64,000 nt of DNA from an uncultured Verrucomicrobiae bacterium (GTDB taxonomy: Bacteria; Verrucomicrobiota; Verrucomicrobiia; Chthoniobacterales; JAFAMB01): the NCBI GenBank assembly GCA_963813025.1, contig CAWEXO010000013.1:608001-672000 (forward strand), read 5' to 3'. Made by a program: the position numbers and the translations under genes. The notes under the pieces are model-generated. The model worked only from the letters and a program-made list of their open reading frames with translations, ran no database searches and was not told the origin of the DNA. Shown here in pieces: positions 8,977 through 18,151 of the stretch (positions are counted from its first letter, which is position 1; the number at the start of each line of letters is the position of its first letter).

Positions 8977-9567
8977 ATGCGACACCAGGAATCGATGACC
9001 ACAGGTCGCCTCTGCTTGCGCCCGTTTCGGATTCGCGATGCAGCGCGGGTTTACGAACTTCTCCAGGATCGACGGATCAGCCAGAACACTTTCAATATCC
9101 CTTATCCGTATGAGGAAGAGATGGCGGAGCGCTGGATTGCCACGCATCAAACGATTTTCTTCGAGGATCGTGGCGCGGTTTTTGCCGTCTGCCTAAGACA
9201 ACAGGCGGTGCTCATCGGCGCTATCAGCCTCACGGTCAATCGGGCCGAAAACTCGGCCGAACTTGGTTATTGGATTGGCGTGCCGTTCTGGAACCAAGGT
9301 TATTGTACGGAGGCGGCGGAAGCTTTGGTTTTTTACGGTTTCGATGTCCTGCGATGTCGTCGCATCCACGCTCGCCGGCTGGAAAGCAATCTCCAATCGG
9401 GGCGGGTTCTTGAAAAAATCGGAATGCGGCAGGAGGGTCAGCGAGTTGAACCCATTCTGCAGGGGGGTGGTTGCCGGACGTCCATTCTCTACCGATTGCG
9501 CGACGAGCGTCCGAGAACCGGAAAAACTCGGCAGGATGACTGTGACCCATCGCGGCAGGAAGATTAG
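8977..9567 (+). CDS. GNAT family N-acetyltransferase (RimJ/RimL-like)
   Basis: RLCLRPF, AELGYWIG..FWNQGY.TEA and N..SGRVLEKIGM. Confidence 0.9.
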   Translation: MRHQESMTTGRLCLRPFRIRDAARVYELLQDRRISQNTFNIPYPYEEEMAERWIATHQTIFFEDRGAVFAVCLRQQAVLIGAISLTVNRAENSAELGYWIGVPFWNQGYCTEAAEALVFYGFDVLRCRRIHARRLESNLQSGRVLEKIGMRQEGQRVEPILQGGGCRTSILYRLRDERPRTGKTRQDDCDPSRQED

Positions 9568-9571
9568 TAAT

Positions 9572-10390
9572 ATGCGACGGAACGCATTGCGAACACTGTG
9601 GGAACGGGGGACTTACGGGGTCAATGGATGGTTAGCCTTGCCGTGCAGCTTCTCCGCCGAGCTCATGGCGCACCAGGGGTGGAACTCGCTGACCATCGAT
9701 TTGCAACATGGACTGGTCGATTACCAGATGGCTGTGCAGATGCTCCAGGCCATTTCGACTACGGACACGGTGCCGCTGGTCCGGGTTCCCGGCCTCGATC
9801 CCGCAATGATCATGAAGCTGCTCGACGCTGGTGCCTACGGGATCATCTGTCCTTTGATCAATAGTGCAGCCGATGTGATCAGGCTTGTGGCAGCGTGTCG
9901 GTATCCTCCGCAGGGAAGCAGAAGTTCCGGACCCATCCGGGCCAGCATCTACGCCGGTCCGGACTATGTTGCGCAGGCAAACGGCGAGATCCTGGCGATT
10001 GCGATGATTGAGACTCGACCTGCCCTGGAGCAGCTGGACGAGATTCTGTCGGTCGGAGGTTTGGATGCGATTTATGTCGGACCCTCCGACCTGGCGCTGG
10101 CGCTCGGGTACAGACCGAGACTTGATCCCACCGAAAAGGCAGTGGTAGACGCCATAGAGTACGTCTTGGCGCGGGCACTGGAGGCAAAAATTCCGGCCGG
10201 TATTCATACCGAATCGCCAGTGTACGCGGAGCAGATGTTAGCGAAGGGGTTCCGCTTTGTCACAGTTGGTACCGACGTGCGTCTGCTCCAAGCCAAGGCT
10301 ACCGAGGTTCTTCAAGCGATGCGCCGGAGTCCTGGTCCGCCCAAACACAACGTCGTACGCGAATCTGACAAGAAAAACCATGGATACTGA
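9572..10390 (+). CDS. HpcH/HpaI aldolase family protein
   Basis: IDLQHG, LDAGAYGIICP, YPPQGSRS, MIET and YVGPSDL. Confidence 0.9.
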   Translation: MRRNALRTLWERGTYGVNGWLALPCSFSAELMAHQGWNSLTIDLQHGLVDYQMAVQMLQAISTTDTVPLVRVPGLDPAMIMKLLDAGAYGIICPLINSAADVIRLVAACRYPPQGSRSSGPIRASIYAGPDYVAQANGEILAIAMIETRPALEQLDEILSVGGLDAIYVGPSDLALALGYRPRLDPTEKAVVDAIEYVLARALEAKIPAGIHTESPVYAEQMLAKGFRFVTVGTDVRLLQAKATEVLQAMRRSPGPPKHNVVRESDKKNHGY

Positions 10391-10826
10391 GAGTACTTTG
10401 GAGACGGAACGAATGATCGCTCGGGAACGCAGTTCAGAAGAGGCGCGACAGACCGTTTTGACCAGCCGAATGCTCATTCAGAGCATGATTCTGATCAATG
10501 GTGCCGGCGTAGTCACAGTCTTGGGTTTCTTCAGGGCGCACACGGACGTGGTGCTTCACCCGGCAACCGTTCCGATTATTGTTCTGCTGTTTTGTCTCGG
10601 GATCTTTACTGCGGTGTTTGCTGGCCTGTATCTGCGACGAACCAATCAGGCGTGGGCAGAATTTTGGGAATTGAAGAGTTACCCTGAAAGTAGCGAGCGC
10701 CAGCAGGCAGCCGGCCAACTCCGCCAGCAGGTGAATCGGAGCAAGCAGTGGTCTACCGGGCTCATCGTGTGCAGTGAGATGTTCTTTCTCGTGGCCAGCG
10801 TCAGTCTGGCAATCTCTCTCGTCTAG
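10380..10826 (+). CDS. Hypothetical membrane protein
   Basis: ORF with about 3 hydrophobic segments, overlapping the aldolase stop. Confidence 0.65.
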   Translation: MDTESTLETERMIARERSSEEARQTVLTSRMLIQSMILINGAGVVTVLGFFRAHTDVVLHPATVPIIVLLFCLGIFTAVFAGLYLRRTNQAWAEFWELKSYPESSERQQAAGQLRQQVNRSKQWSTGLIVCSEMFFLVASVSLAISLV

Positions 10827-10867
10827 TGCCTCAAAACGATGACATGGTCCGGCCTGCCAAAAATCGC

Positions 10868-10896
10868 TTGCACCGCGGCGCGCAGACTCCTATATA
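10868..10896 (+). promoter_or_regulatory. Putative sigma70 promoter for tRNA-Tyr
   Basis: TTGCAC-17 bp-TATATA about 60 bp upstream of the tRNA. Confidence 0.45.
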
Positions 10897-10954
10897 AGCT
10901 CCTCCCGCTGAGCCGGGTCGAAAATCGCATCTCGCAACGCGGCGCTAAGCTGAC

Positions 10955-11037
10955 GGGTAGGTACCGAAGCGGCCAAACGGGGCAGACTGTAAATCTGCTG
11001 GCTTACGCCTTCGCTGGTTCGAATCCAGCCCTGCCCA
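10955..11037 (+). tRNA. tRNA-Tyr (GTA), CCA not encoded
   Basis: Acceptor stem GGGTAGG/CCTGCCC, anticodon arm GCAGA-CTGTAAA-TCTGC, long variable arm and T-arm GCTGG-TTCGAAT-CCAGC. Confidence 0.97.
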
Positions 11038-11331
11038 TTTCCGCTGCCAAAGCCTAAGAGCAGCCACCAGAGCGGTTTCAATGGTGGGAGCTGACGCCTG
11101 AACCGGCTGTTTCGTTCGATTTATTCAAAGTGATTCCTTCGATGAAATAGCTGGATTTTGGGCAGTTTGGGTACATTTTTGGTCAGTCGTGGTCAGTCGA
11201 TCTGGACTGACCTCCAATACTCTAAAACCATGAAAACCACTGTCACCCTCACCCATATCGAGGCGTTTAATTGCCCGCACCGTGTGGCATTCACTCGTCG
11301 GACTTAGCCTTGCATTTTTTAAGACCCGGCA

Positions 11332-11886
11332 ATGTCAAAGAAAAAAGGGCGTCCAAGTAAGGCAAAAAATCCAAAAAATGCAGCATGGATGGTAGTGCAT
11401 AAGAAAGCACTCTCCGCACTCTCGGGAGCGATGACTTTGATCGGTTTCATTGTCGCCGTGATTACCTTCTATCCGAGACCCACTGTAACACAGAGCGATC
11501 CGGTGGATCCCAGCAATCCATTCTCAGCATCTTTTACTATCACAAATAACACCTTCATCCCACTTGAACATGTCACTGCATTTCTAGGCATTGGTCAGAT
11601 TGAAAGTGAACCCGCGGCAGCGATCCCGAATTTTCACCCGAATTTTAGCACCCATCTGGTTAAGACGAACGATTGGGAGAACCATTATCTCGGTAGAGAC
11701 GAACGATTTGCTATTACGCCTTCGGATATCTTTTCGAAGGGAAGCGGCAAAATAAGCTTCGCAGACGTTGCGATCGGCATCACGTATAAACCGTGGTTTC
11801 TGCCGTGGAAAATGGAAAAGATGTTCCGCTTTGTAACGCACAAACAACCCAACGGTCTGTACTGGTACTCTTTTCCTTTGAATTAA
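11332..11886 (+). CDS. Hypothetical protein with an N-terminal membrane anchor (element cargo)
   Basis: 184-aa ORF in lower-GC DNA; basic N-terminus followed by one hydrophobic helix. Confidence 0.65.
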   Translation: MSKKKGRPSKAKNPKNAAWMVVHKKALSALSGAMTLIGFIVAVITFYPRPTVTQSDPVDPSNPFSASFTITNNTFIPLEHVTAFLGIGQIESEPAAAIPNFHPNFSTHLVKTNDWENHYLGRDERFAITPSDIFSKGSGKISFADVAIGITYKPWFLPWKMEKMFRFVTHKQPNGLYWYSFPLN

Positions 11887-12188
11887 AGCATCTACCGAAT
11901 GATCAAAACACCAAAGATCAAAACACCAAAAATCGGCCAACAGTGGGGCACCCGTCGCGCGCGCATTAATTCTGCTGCCGCCGGGCGACACTCTCGGCAA
12001 GCTCGGTCTCCATTTCTTTCGCCGGTCGAACAAGTCCCTTCCAAGCTTCTTCTTCTTCGGAATGAGCTAGCGGAGCTCTACGACTTTACCAACTCTTGAA
12101 AACTTTCGTCCTCGCTTATAGGAGAAACTCGAGCACAGGCATCAGAGCCGCCCTCCTCCGAGTCGAGCTTGTGCCTCAGGTCGGCGAA

Positions 12189-12422
12189 CTAGATGCCGCC
12201 GCTCGGAGGATTTAGCGAATCAATCGGTTCGGTTTCGGAGCAGGAGAAATACCGGGCTCTCAGCACACAGCTGACGAAATGCCCTGGCGTAGTTCCCAAT
12301 CGCTGACACTCGGCTCGGATCATGGAAGTTGTCGCTCGAGGCAACTGCCAACCGACGCATTCAGTATTAGCCGGCGGCCGGCCGTTTGGGCGGGAGGCTT
12401 TGACGTGGGTCGCATGACGCAC
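12189..12422 (-). CDS. Small ribbon-helix-helix-like protein, type A copy 1
   Basis: GRPP-x-VGWQLP-helix-G-helix pattern; the reading frame is preserved in the duplicate. Confidence 0.5.
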   Translation of the reverse strand: MRHATHVKASRPNGRPPANTECVGWQLPRATTSMIRAECQRLGTTPGHFVSCVLRARYFSCSETEPIDSLNPPSGGI

Positions 12423-12489
12423 GCCTTCACCGTAGCAGATTTGTCCGGGTTTTTGCTAGGAGCAACTCGAGAGATTTTGTTCCTGGAAC

Positions 12490-12687
12490 ATGCCGACCGC
12501 CACAAAATCTCGCGCCGGACGGCCCCGGCTGGGTGATGAACGGATCGATGTGACTCTGCCGCGATCGGTTGCTAATCAGTTGCGCAGCTTCGAGAATCTG
12601 ACGGGCAAGTACCGCACCCGGATCGTGGCCAATATCATCACAAACGTTCTGGCCGATCCGGAAGCCACGCAACGCTTCCTCCACTAG
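12490..12687 (+). CDS. Small ribbon-helix-helix-like protein, type B copy 1
   Basis: GRPRLGDERIDVTLPRSVANQLRSFENLTGKYRTRIVANII. Confidence 0.6.
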   Translation: MPTATKSRAGRPRLGDERIDVTLPRSVANQLRSFENLTGKYRTRIVANIITNVLADPEATQRFLH

Positions 12688-12876
12688 AACTTGAACGCCT
12701 CCCGATTTGAGCGTTGCTTCGTTATGCCCATAATTTCACCTATCATCTTAGATCGTCCTACTCGGCCAAGCTCTCCAAAGGTGCACCGGATGACTCCTCG
12801 AGTCCCTCGTCCCTCCAGGAGAAGTTCAAGCAGGGGCACTAGCCACCGAGTCGAGTTCGTGCATCAAGTCGGCGAA

Positions 12877-13113
12877 CTAGATGCGGCCGCGCGGAGGCTT
12901 TAGCCCGAGTAGAGTCTGTTCGGTTTCGGAGCAGGAGAAATACCGGGTCATCAGCACACAGCTGACGAAATGCCCCGGCGTAGTTCCCAACCGCTGACAC
13001 TCGGCACGGATCATGGAGGTGGTCGCTCGGGGCAACTGCCAACCAACGCATTCAGTATTAGCCGGCGGCCGGCCGTTTGGGCGGGAAGCTTTGCCGTGAG
13101 TCGCATGACGCAC
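12877..13113 (-). CDS. Small ribbon-helix-helix-like protein, type A copy 2
   Basis: Nearly identical to 12189-12422 over its first ~63 aa. Confidence 0.5.
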   Translation of the reverse strand: MRHATHGKASRPNGRPPANTECVGWQLPRATTSMIRAECQRLGTTPGHFVSCVLMTRYFSCSETEQTLLGLKPPRGRI

Positions 13114-13181
13114 GCATTCACCGTAGCAGATTTGTCCGGGTTTTTGCTAGGGCCGACTTTGCCCGCGAAAAGTCTGTTTCA

Positions 13182-13499
13182 ATGGCGAGAAAGATCGGCC
13201 GCCCACGAGTCGGTGATGAGCGAATGCAGTTGACCATTCCTCGCAACGTTTTCGACCGATTGCGTGAACTGGAGACCCAGACCGGCGAATACCGAACGGC
13301 GATCGCTCGCAAAATCATTGCTCAAGAGCTGATGGGCGCAGACTCCGGAATTTGCCAGCTGGCCGACTCCCAGAGGACCGCACCTCCACCAAAGTCCAAT
13401 CTCCAGCACACCAGCAAGCTTTTGCCGCCTCCGGCTGAAGTCGAGCTGGATCGGCTCTTGAACCTGGCTGGCGATCTCGGGGGGAGTCTGCCTCGCTAG
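13182..13499 (+). CDS. Small ribbon-helix-helix-like protein, type B copy 2
   Basis: MARKIGRPRVGDERMQLTIPRNVFDRLRELETQTGEYRTAIARKII is a diverged paralog of 12490-12687. Confidence 0.6.
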   Translation: MARKIGRPRVGDERMQLTIPRNVFDRLRELETQTGEYRTAIARKIIAQELMGADSGICQLADSQRTAPPPKSNLQHTSKLLPPPAEVELDRLLNLAGDLGGSLPR

Positions 13500-13508
13500 G
13501 AGGAAACC

Positions 13509-13661
13509 ATGGCGCAGGGTGGAAAACGACCAGGAGCAGAGCGACGCCCGATCGAGGACAGCATCACCGTAAAATGGCGGGTGCCTCGGGATGTGCATTC
13601 GGCGATAGTGGCTGAAGCTCCCCCGGCAGCAATTGCGGTGATCACCGGCTGCCACTCATAA
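13509..13661 (+). CDS. 50-aa RHH-like ORF, possibly degenerate (absent from the ORF track)
   Basis: Strong SD AGGAGG, then MAQGGKRPGAERRPIEDSITVKWRVPRDVHSAIVAEA. Confidence 0.4.
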   Translation: MAQGGKRPGAERRPIEDSITVKWRVPRDVHSAIVAEAPPAAIAVITGCHS

Positions 13662-13823
13662 AAACGTGGAGTCGAATTCGCACGTCATTCGCAGCGCTTT
13701 GTGCCGCTTCGGATTGGTTTCGGCGAGTTGCCCTTTTTTCCTTCGCTCGGCGCTACCACTCTCAAATTACCGCCGCTTCGTCGTGGACTTCGCCAACCGC
13801 GTCGGCAGTACATGTCGTTACGG

Positions 13824-14630
13824 TTATGGTGCTGAAGGGCTAGCAGTGCCGGAACCGGTGACTGCTGAGACAGCACTCCCTTGAGGAGGATGGTCGAGTA
13901 GATTCATCACTTGAATTTCGGAAGACTGCAGAGCGATCAACTTTTTGTCTGAATTCTGGACAACCACATAACGGTTCAATTCGAGGACGACCCGCCCTTC
14001 GAACTTTGAATGATCTTTCATCATGATCGTCCGAAAAGAGAGTATCGGACCGGCGATCGTTAGGAAATAGAGTCCTGTCCAAAAGGAAAATGCTAATATC
14101 CAAATAGTAATCTGAATGAAGGAAGAGAAGAGCGGAGGCAACCGAAACAAGTGGACCCAACCCGGGATTAAGGTTAAGGACACCAACAGGACTACAGTCG
14201 GACAGTACCACCATGCGAACAACGTCAAAAGGATGTCCTTAGGAAAAGCTTGTATGACGACGAAGACGATTCCAAGGACTGCATAAAAGAGAGGCTTGTT
14301 AAGGTTGGCCAACCAACGCGGCAAGCTGATAATTGACTCACGGAATCGCTTCCTGTCCTCGACGTTAGCCGCCAAGACGCTGGGAGGCCGCTCAATACCC
14401 AAGCGAAACAACATGCCAATAACAACCCCAACCCCCATCGATGTCGGAATTGCCCAGCTGGGTGCAACCCGGAGATAGTCGGAGAGATCACAGAGTCCTA
14501 AGAGGTTGTGATTCAACCCCAACGAGAGGCCAGAGACGAAAAGAAGCGAGGCAAGGAATACGACAGCGCTGAGGAAAGTAAATCCGACTGTGAGATTCGG
14601 CCACTTCGATGAAATGTCATTATCCGCCAT
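13824..14630 (-). CDS. Hypothetical multi-pass membrane protein (element cargo)
   Basis: About 5 hydrophobic segments and a small soluble C-terminal domain. Confidence 0.65.
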   Translation of the reverse strand: MADNDISSKWPNLTVGFTFLSAVVFLASLLFVSGLSLGLNHNLLGLCDLSDYLRVAPSWAIPTSMGVGVVIGMLFRLGIERPPSVLAANVEDRKRFRESIISLPRWLANLNKPLFYAVLGIVFVVIQAFPKDILLTLFAWWYCPTVVLLVSLTLIPGWVHLFRLPPLFSSFIQITIWILAFSFWTGLYFLTIAGPILSFRTIMMKDHSKFEGRVVLELNRYVVVQNSDKKLIALQSSEIQVMNLLDHPPQGSAVSAVTGSGTASPSAP

Positions 14631-14803
14631 CTTGAGAGGAGTGAACCCAGGCCGATTTGTCGAGGCCTGGTCGACAAGTATTTCAACGCAAACTGGTCCA
14701 AATCGAGCTGAAAAAACGGCCTCGACTGAAAGATGGGGAGGAGACATCCCTTGCCCCCCTTAAGTGGTCTCTACTTCCATGAAACCCGTCCCGCCGAATC
14801 CAA

Positions 14804-15439
14804 ATGATGATTGAAACCGCGGGAGACTTCTACAAGGCGATTGCTGAACGCCGGCGCGAGGAGCGAGCGGCAATCAAAGCTTTTATTGAAGGTGCAGTAT
14901 CCGGAGATACCGAATTGTTTAGTTCCGGGATCCGCTTGGTAGACAAGCATTGTGTTTGGAATCGCGCCTTCCGGGCCATAGCCCGACACTCAGCCGCAAA
15001 AGAGGTACGCGACTACTTTCAATGGTCATGGCTATCCTCGGGCGACCACATTCGCGGCGAGGTGAACAGCGATCTTATCCTAATTGCCGGATTACGGGCT
15101 CTCTTGCCTCCTTATCGGGGCTCGGCAATCCGGCTCTACCGCGGGGACAGCGCACATAACCGCCGCCACCGCACCTACGGACTATCTTGGACTGCAAATA
15201 TCGACATTGCGCGGGCCCACGCCGGAGGCATCTGGCGCACCTTCAAGGGCGGAAGCGTAGTGCTTACCACCGTAGCTTCCCCCGAATCAACCATTTGGGC
15301 TTGCAAGGCTGAAGGTGATCACTACCAAGAGGACGAATATGTTGTCGATCGTCGCTGGTTAAAAGTCGATGTGATTGAGCGGCTTTCTCAGATTTCGATT
15401 AGAGAACATGCAAAGAAGAAAAAGGATGCCGAACAGTAA
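14804..15439 (+). CDS. Hypothetical protein, possible R-S-E clade ADP-ribosyltransferase-like fold
   Basis: LYRG ... GLSWT ... EDEYVV motif order. Confidence 0.5.
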   Translation: MMIETAGDFYKAIAERRREERAAIKAFIEGAVSGDTELFSSGIRLVDKHCVWNRAFRAIARHSAAKEVRDYFQWSWLSSGDHIRGEVNSDLILIAGLRALLPPYRGSAIRLYRGDSAHNRRHRTYGLSWTANIDIARAHAGGIWRTFKGGSVVLTTVASPESTIWACKAEGDHYQEDEYVVDRRWLKVDVIERLSQISIREHAKKKKDAEQ

Positions 15440-15469
15440 CCAGCCGCCTAGTGCTCTGGAATTCGCCAA

Positions 15470-17491
15470 TCACCACACAACCGGCCGGTTCTGGACTCCG
15501 TACCGGCGCTGGGGCGTGGGCGTGCTCTCTCCTTCCACGCTGATCGAACGTTCAGCCGGCTGATAGACGATATCCCGTCGCACCGGCTGTGCTCCCCATT
15601 GAGCTGTGGTCACGCCCGGCTGGGATTGGGAATGATCGCCTGCAGGAGCTTCAGTCTGGACCGGTATCTCCTCCAGGTTGAGCCGCAAGGATTCAGTCGC
15701 GACCATGATCATGGCGAGGCAATCCAGGGCTTCGTTCCGTCGGCTCCCGATCCGTTTCCAGCTTGAGACCCGCACGCCGTTCCGGTAGCGGACCTCCTTT
15801 GTCTCCGCACGAAGTTGGGCAAAGAAGTTGTCGTCAAAGCCGCGGACCGCTTCTCCGGAAGGACCGCAACAGAGATGGATGTAGCCTGGTCCCGGCTCAG
15901 TCAAAGCCAGGGCTTCGGCTACCCGGTCCTTTGCCAGGTCAGGCGAAACGTTGACCACCTGACAACGCTCCGTCGTATTCTGGCCGATCCGGTAAAGCTG
16001 GCTCCCGGAAAGCGACAGCCCGCGGGAAGCGATCAAGTGCGGATGCCGTTTCTTGCATTCGCGATAGACCGCGCTGCCATGATGGCCGCCAGCATCCATG
16101 AGTGAACGCCGGATTCGCATAAAGCTGCCATCGCCGCGTTTCCACATCTTTTGCACAACCAGCGCGTCCAGCTGCTTGGCGACCTCGGCGGTCTGGGTCG
16201 TGATCGAGCCTTGAATCTCACCGAACTCCAGGAGCCAGAGCTCGCGGCCTTTGCCGACTCCGGCAACCAGATACTGCAGATAATGATCTTGGGTATCAAC
16301 TGCACCTACCAACACCTTGACTGGATCAGGCGCCTCGGCCGGGTAGACCTCACGCCGGTCGTTCAGGTTCTCGCTTGCCACCTCAATCCGAGGCGGAACG
16401 TAGGGCTCAGCCAACCTGGTATTGAGAAACGCTCGGAACGCGCTGGAATCGCCCGCCTGGCGCAGATGCTCGGCCGCTCTGAACTCAGAGTGAACGATGC
16501 GCCAGTCAATGAAGGGACTCACCCAGCAGCCTAGGTGGAACCCGCGACGGAACGGGTGCTGGGCGTGCGCTCGCCACTCTCCGTCTCGTTCCAGCCAAGT
16601 CGCCTGATCATAGCTCCGGCCGCACTCCAGGCAGGTGCACTCGCCACTCTCAAAGATCATCTCCGGCAACCCGAGAATCTGGAAATGACCGTGAGGACAC
16701 TGACTGTAGTAGTGCTCTTCGGTTGAATCCCGGAATAGCGCGGTGATCCGGCAGCTTTGTTCCTCTACGGGCGAGCTGGAATAGATGATCTTGGCTTGGG
16801 AGCCGAACGTGCTCGTTCTGACCTTCGCCAGCTGGATGACATCGCCTTCCGCGGTTCGACCGACCGCCATCAAAGGAAGCCGGCTGACTTCCTCGAAAAA
16901 CAGGTACTTGATCGGGCGCATCGAAAGACCCGTCGCGCTCAGGCCGGCGACGATAGCAAGCTGGCAACCGTTCTCAAAACTCTTGCGGAACATCGAGTTA
17001 TCTGATCCGGGTCCGCCGATCTGTTCGGACACGAAGGGCCGAGCAATCGGCGAATCTCGGAGCATCGGATCAATCCGGTCCAGGCTCATCGAGCGGCAAG
17101 CTTGCAAGGTTGGGCAAATCAGGAGCATCGGCGCCGGATCGGTGGCCGAGAAAAACAAGATTGGATTTAGCGTGGCAAACTCGGACTTGCCGACTTGAGA
17201 CGCGGCCATGATACACACTTCGCGGACGTTAGTGTCGGCGATTGCGCGGGTGATCTCCTCGCCATAAGGAACCCGGCTGAAATGCCAGGGACCAGGCTCG
17301 GCGCTGGCTTCTACTGACAGTCTCCGGTAGCGCTCCAGCCAGGCGATCACATCCATCGGTTCAGGTGGTCGAGCGATCAGAGCAAGCTGTCCGAAGAGCT
17401 CTCGCAAAGCCCGAGGGTCATCATAGCCCAGGCCCTGAGAAACGCGTTCCTGTGGCTTCCTAGCGCGTTTGTTTTTGGCTGAACTCGCCAT
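15470..17491 (-). CDS. Phage terminase large subunit, lambda GpA family
   Basis: SAEPGPW..SRVPY, Walker A ASQVGKSE, zinc-finger cysteines, nuclease motifs VDTQD, MDAGGH and RNEALDC. Confidence 0.92.
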   Translation of the reverse strand: MASSAKNKRARKPQERVSQGLGYDDPRALRELFGQLALIARPPEPMDVIAWLERYRRLSVEASAEPGPWHFSRVPYGEEITRAIADTNVREVCIMAASQVGKSEFATLNPILFFSATDPAPMLLICPTLQACRSMSLDRIDPMLRDSPIARPFVSEQIGGPGSDNSMFRKSFENGCQLAIVAGLSATGLSMRPIKYLFFEEVSRLPLMAVGRTAEGDVIQLAKVRTSTFGSQAKIIYSSSPVEEQSCRITALFRDSTEEHYYSQCPHGHFQILGLPEMIFESGECTCLECGRSYDQATWLERDGEWRAHAQHPFRRGFHLGCWVSPFIDWRIVHSEFRAAEHLRQAGDSSAFRAFLNTRLAEPYVPPRIEVASENLNDRREVYPAEAPDPVKVLVGAVDTQDHYLQYLVAGVGKGRELWLLEFGEIQGSITTQTAEVAKQLDALVVQKMWKRGDGSFMRIRRSLMDAGGHHGSAVYRECKKRHPHLIASRGLSLSGSQLYRIGQNTTERCQVVNVSPDLAKDRVAEALALTEPGPGYIHLCCGPSGEAVRGFDDNFFAQLRAETKEVRYRNGVRVSSWKRIGSRRNEALDCLAMIMVATESLRLNLEEIPVQTEAPAGDHSQSQPGVTTAQWGAQPVRRDIVYQPAERSISVEGESTPTPQRRYGVQNRPVVW

Positions 17492-18014
17492 TTTTGTCCG
17501 AATCCGGATTCTGGAGCAATACGGACAAAGTTGCGAGAGCATCCAATATTTCCCCTTCCAAGACTGCCGATACCTCCAGGTGATCTTTGGCTTGGAACAG
17601 CCGTCGGCTTACCCGTGCAGGGAGGGATAAGAGTTGCCGGCGGAAGACCGTGATCGCTTGCCCGAAGCTCGCCAATACCTGCGCCTGAGGAACCAGCGCG
17701 CCGCGGCGCACCGCCACCTCCAGTTCTGTCCGAGCACGGGACGCGGCAGCGCCGTCAGCCCGTTCCCTGAGCCATTTGCGCCGAGCTTGCGCGTCATCCC
17801 GGCGTTGATAATCCACATAAGCGCTGAGCGTTGCGATCAGTGGGTACAGGTTCTGGTTAGTGTTCTGTGGGTTGATCTTGACCGGGAGCACTCCGCTCCG
17901 CCCCAGCTTGGACACCTCCGTGTCGGTGATCCGGAGAATTTGAGCAATCTCCGAAGTGGTCACCTCCAGCTCGCATAATTCTTCCAGGATCGGCGGTCGA
18001 AGTTTGCGCCCCAT
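17460..18014 (-). CDS. Phage terminase small subunit (Nu1-like)
   Basis: N-terminal wHTH (EIAQILRIT...SGVLP) and coiled-coil region ending RGALVP...LLSLPAR; directly upstream of GpA. Confidence 0.8.
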   Translation of the reverse strand: MGRKLRPPILEELCELEVTTSEIAQILRITDTEVSKLGRSGVLPVKINPQNTNQNLYPLIATLSAYVDYQRRDDAQARRKWLRERADGAAASRARTELEVAVRRGALVPQAQVLASFGQAITVFRRQLLSLPARVSRRLFQAKDHLEVSAVLEGEILDALATLSVLLQNPDSDKNGEFSQKQTR

Positions 18015-18073
18015 CGGCTACAACCCGTACAGCTTTTTGTTAGGATTGTGAAAAAGTTTCCCTGAGATTTTGT

Positions 18074-18116
18074 GATCTGCTGCACCCGCTGGCTCGGAAA
18101 GTTCACGAAAGGATCC
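18074..18116 (-). other. Putative cos site (cosQ/cosN-like)
   Basis: Minus strand reads GGATCCTttc...(22 nt after the heptamer)...GGGTGCAGCAGATC, just upstream of terS. This resembles the lambda cosQ (GGGTCCT) to cosN arrangement. Confidence 0.5.
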
Positions 18117-18151
18117 GCACCCAGGGGTTCAAAACATTCGGGGCAAATGTT

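Larger units (their letters stand above)
12106..13151. repeat. Imperfect direct duplication of ~350 bp with ~690-bp period
   Basis: Copy 1 at about 12106-12460, copy 2 at about 12807-13151. Long identical tracts include ttcggtttcggagcaggagaaataccggg and ttcaccgtagcagatttgtccggg. Confidence 0.92.

Noticed and set aside
11901..11933. 15-bp tandem duplication ATCAAAACACCAAAG
   Set aside because: Only two copies and no supporting context.
12106..13151. Diversity-generating retroelement TR/VR pair
   Set aside because: No reverse transcriptase in the window, and the differences between copies are not adenine-specific.
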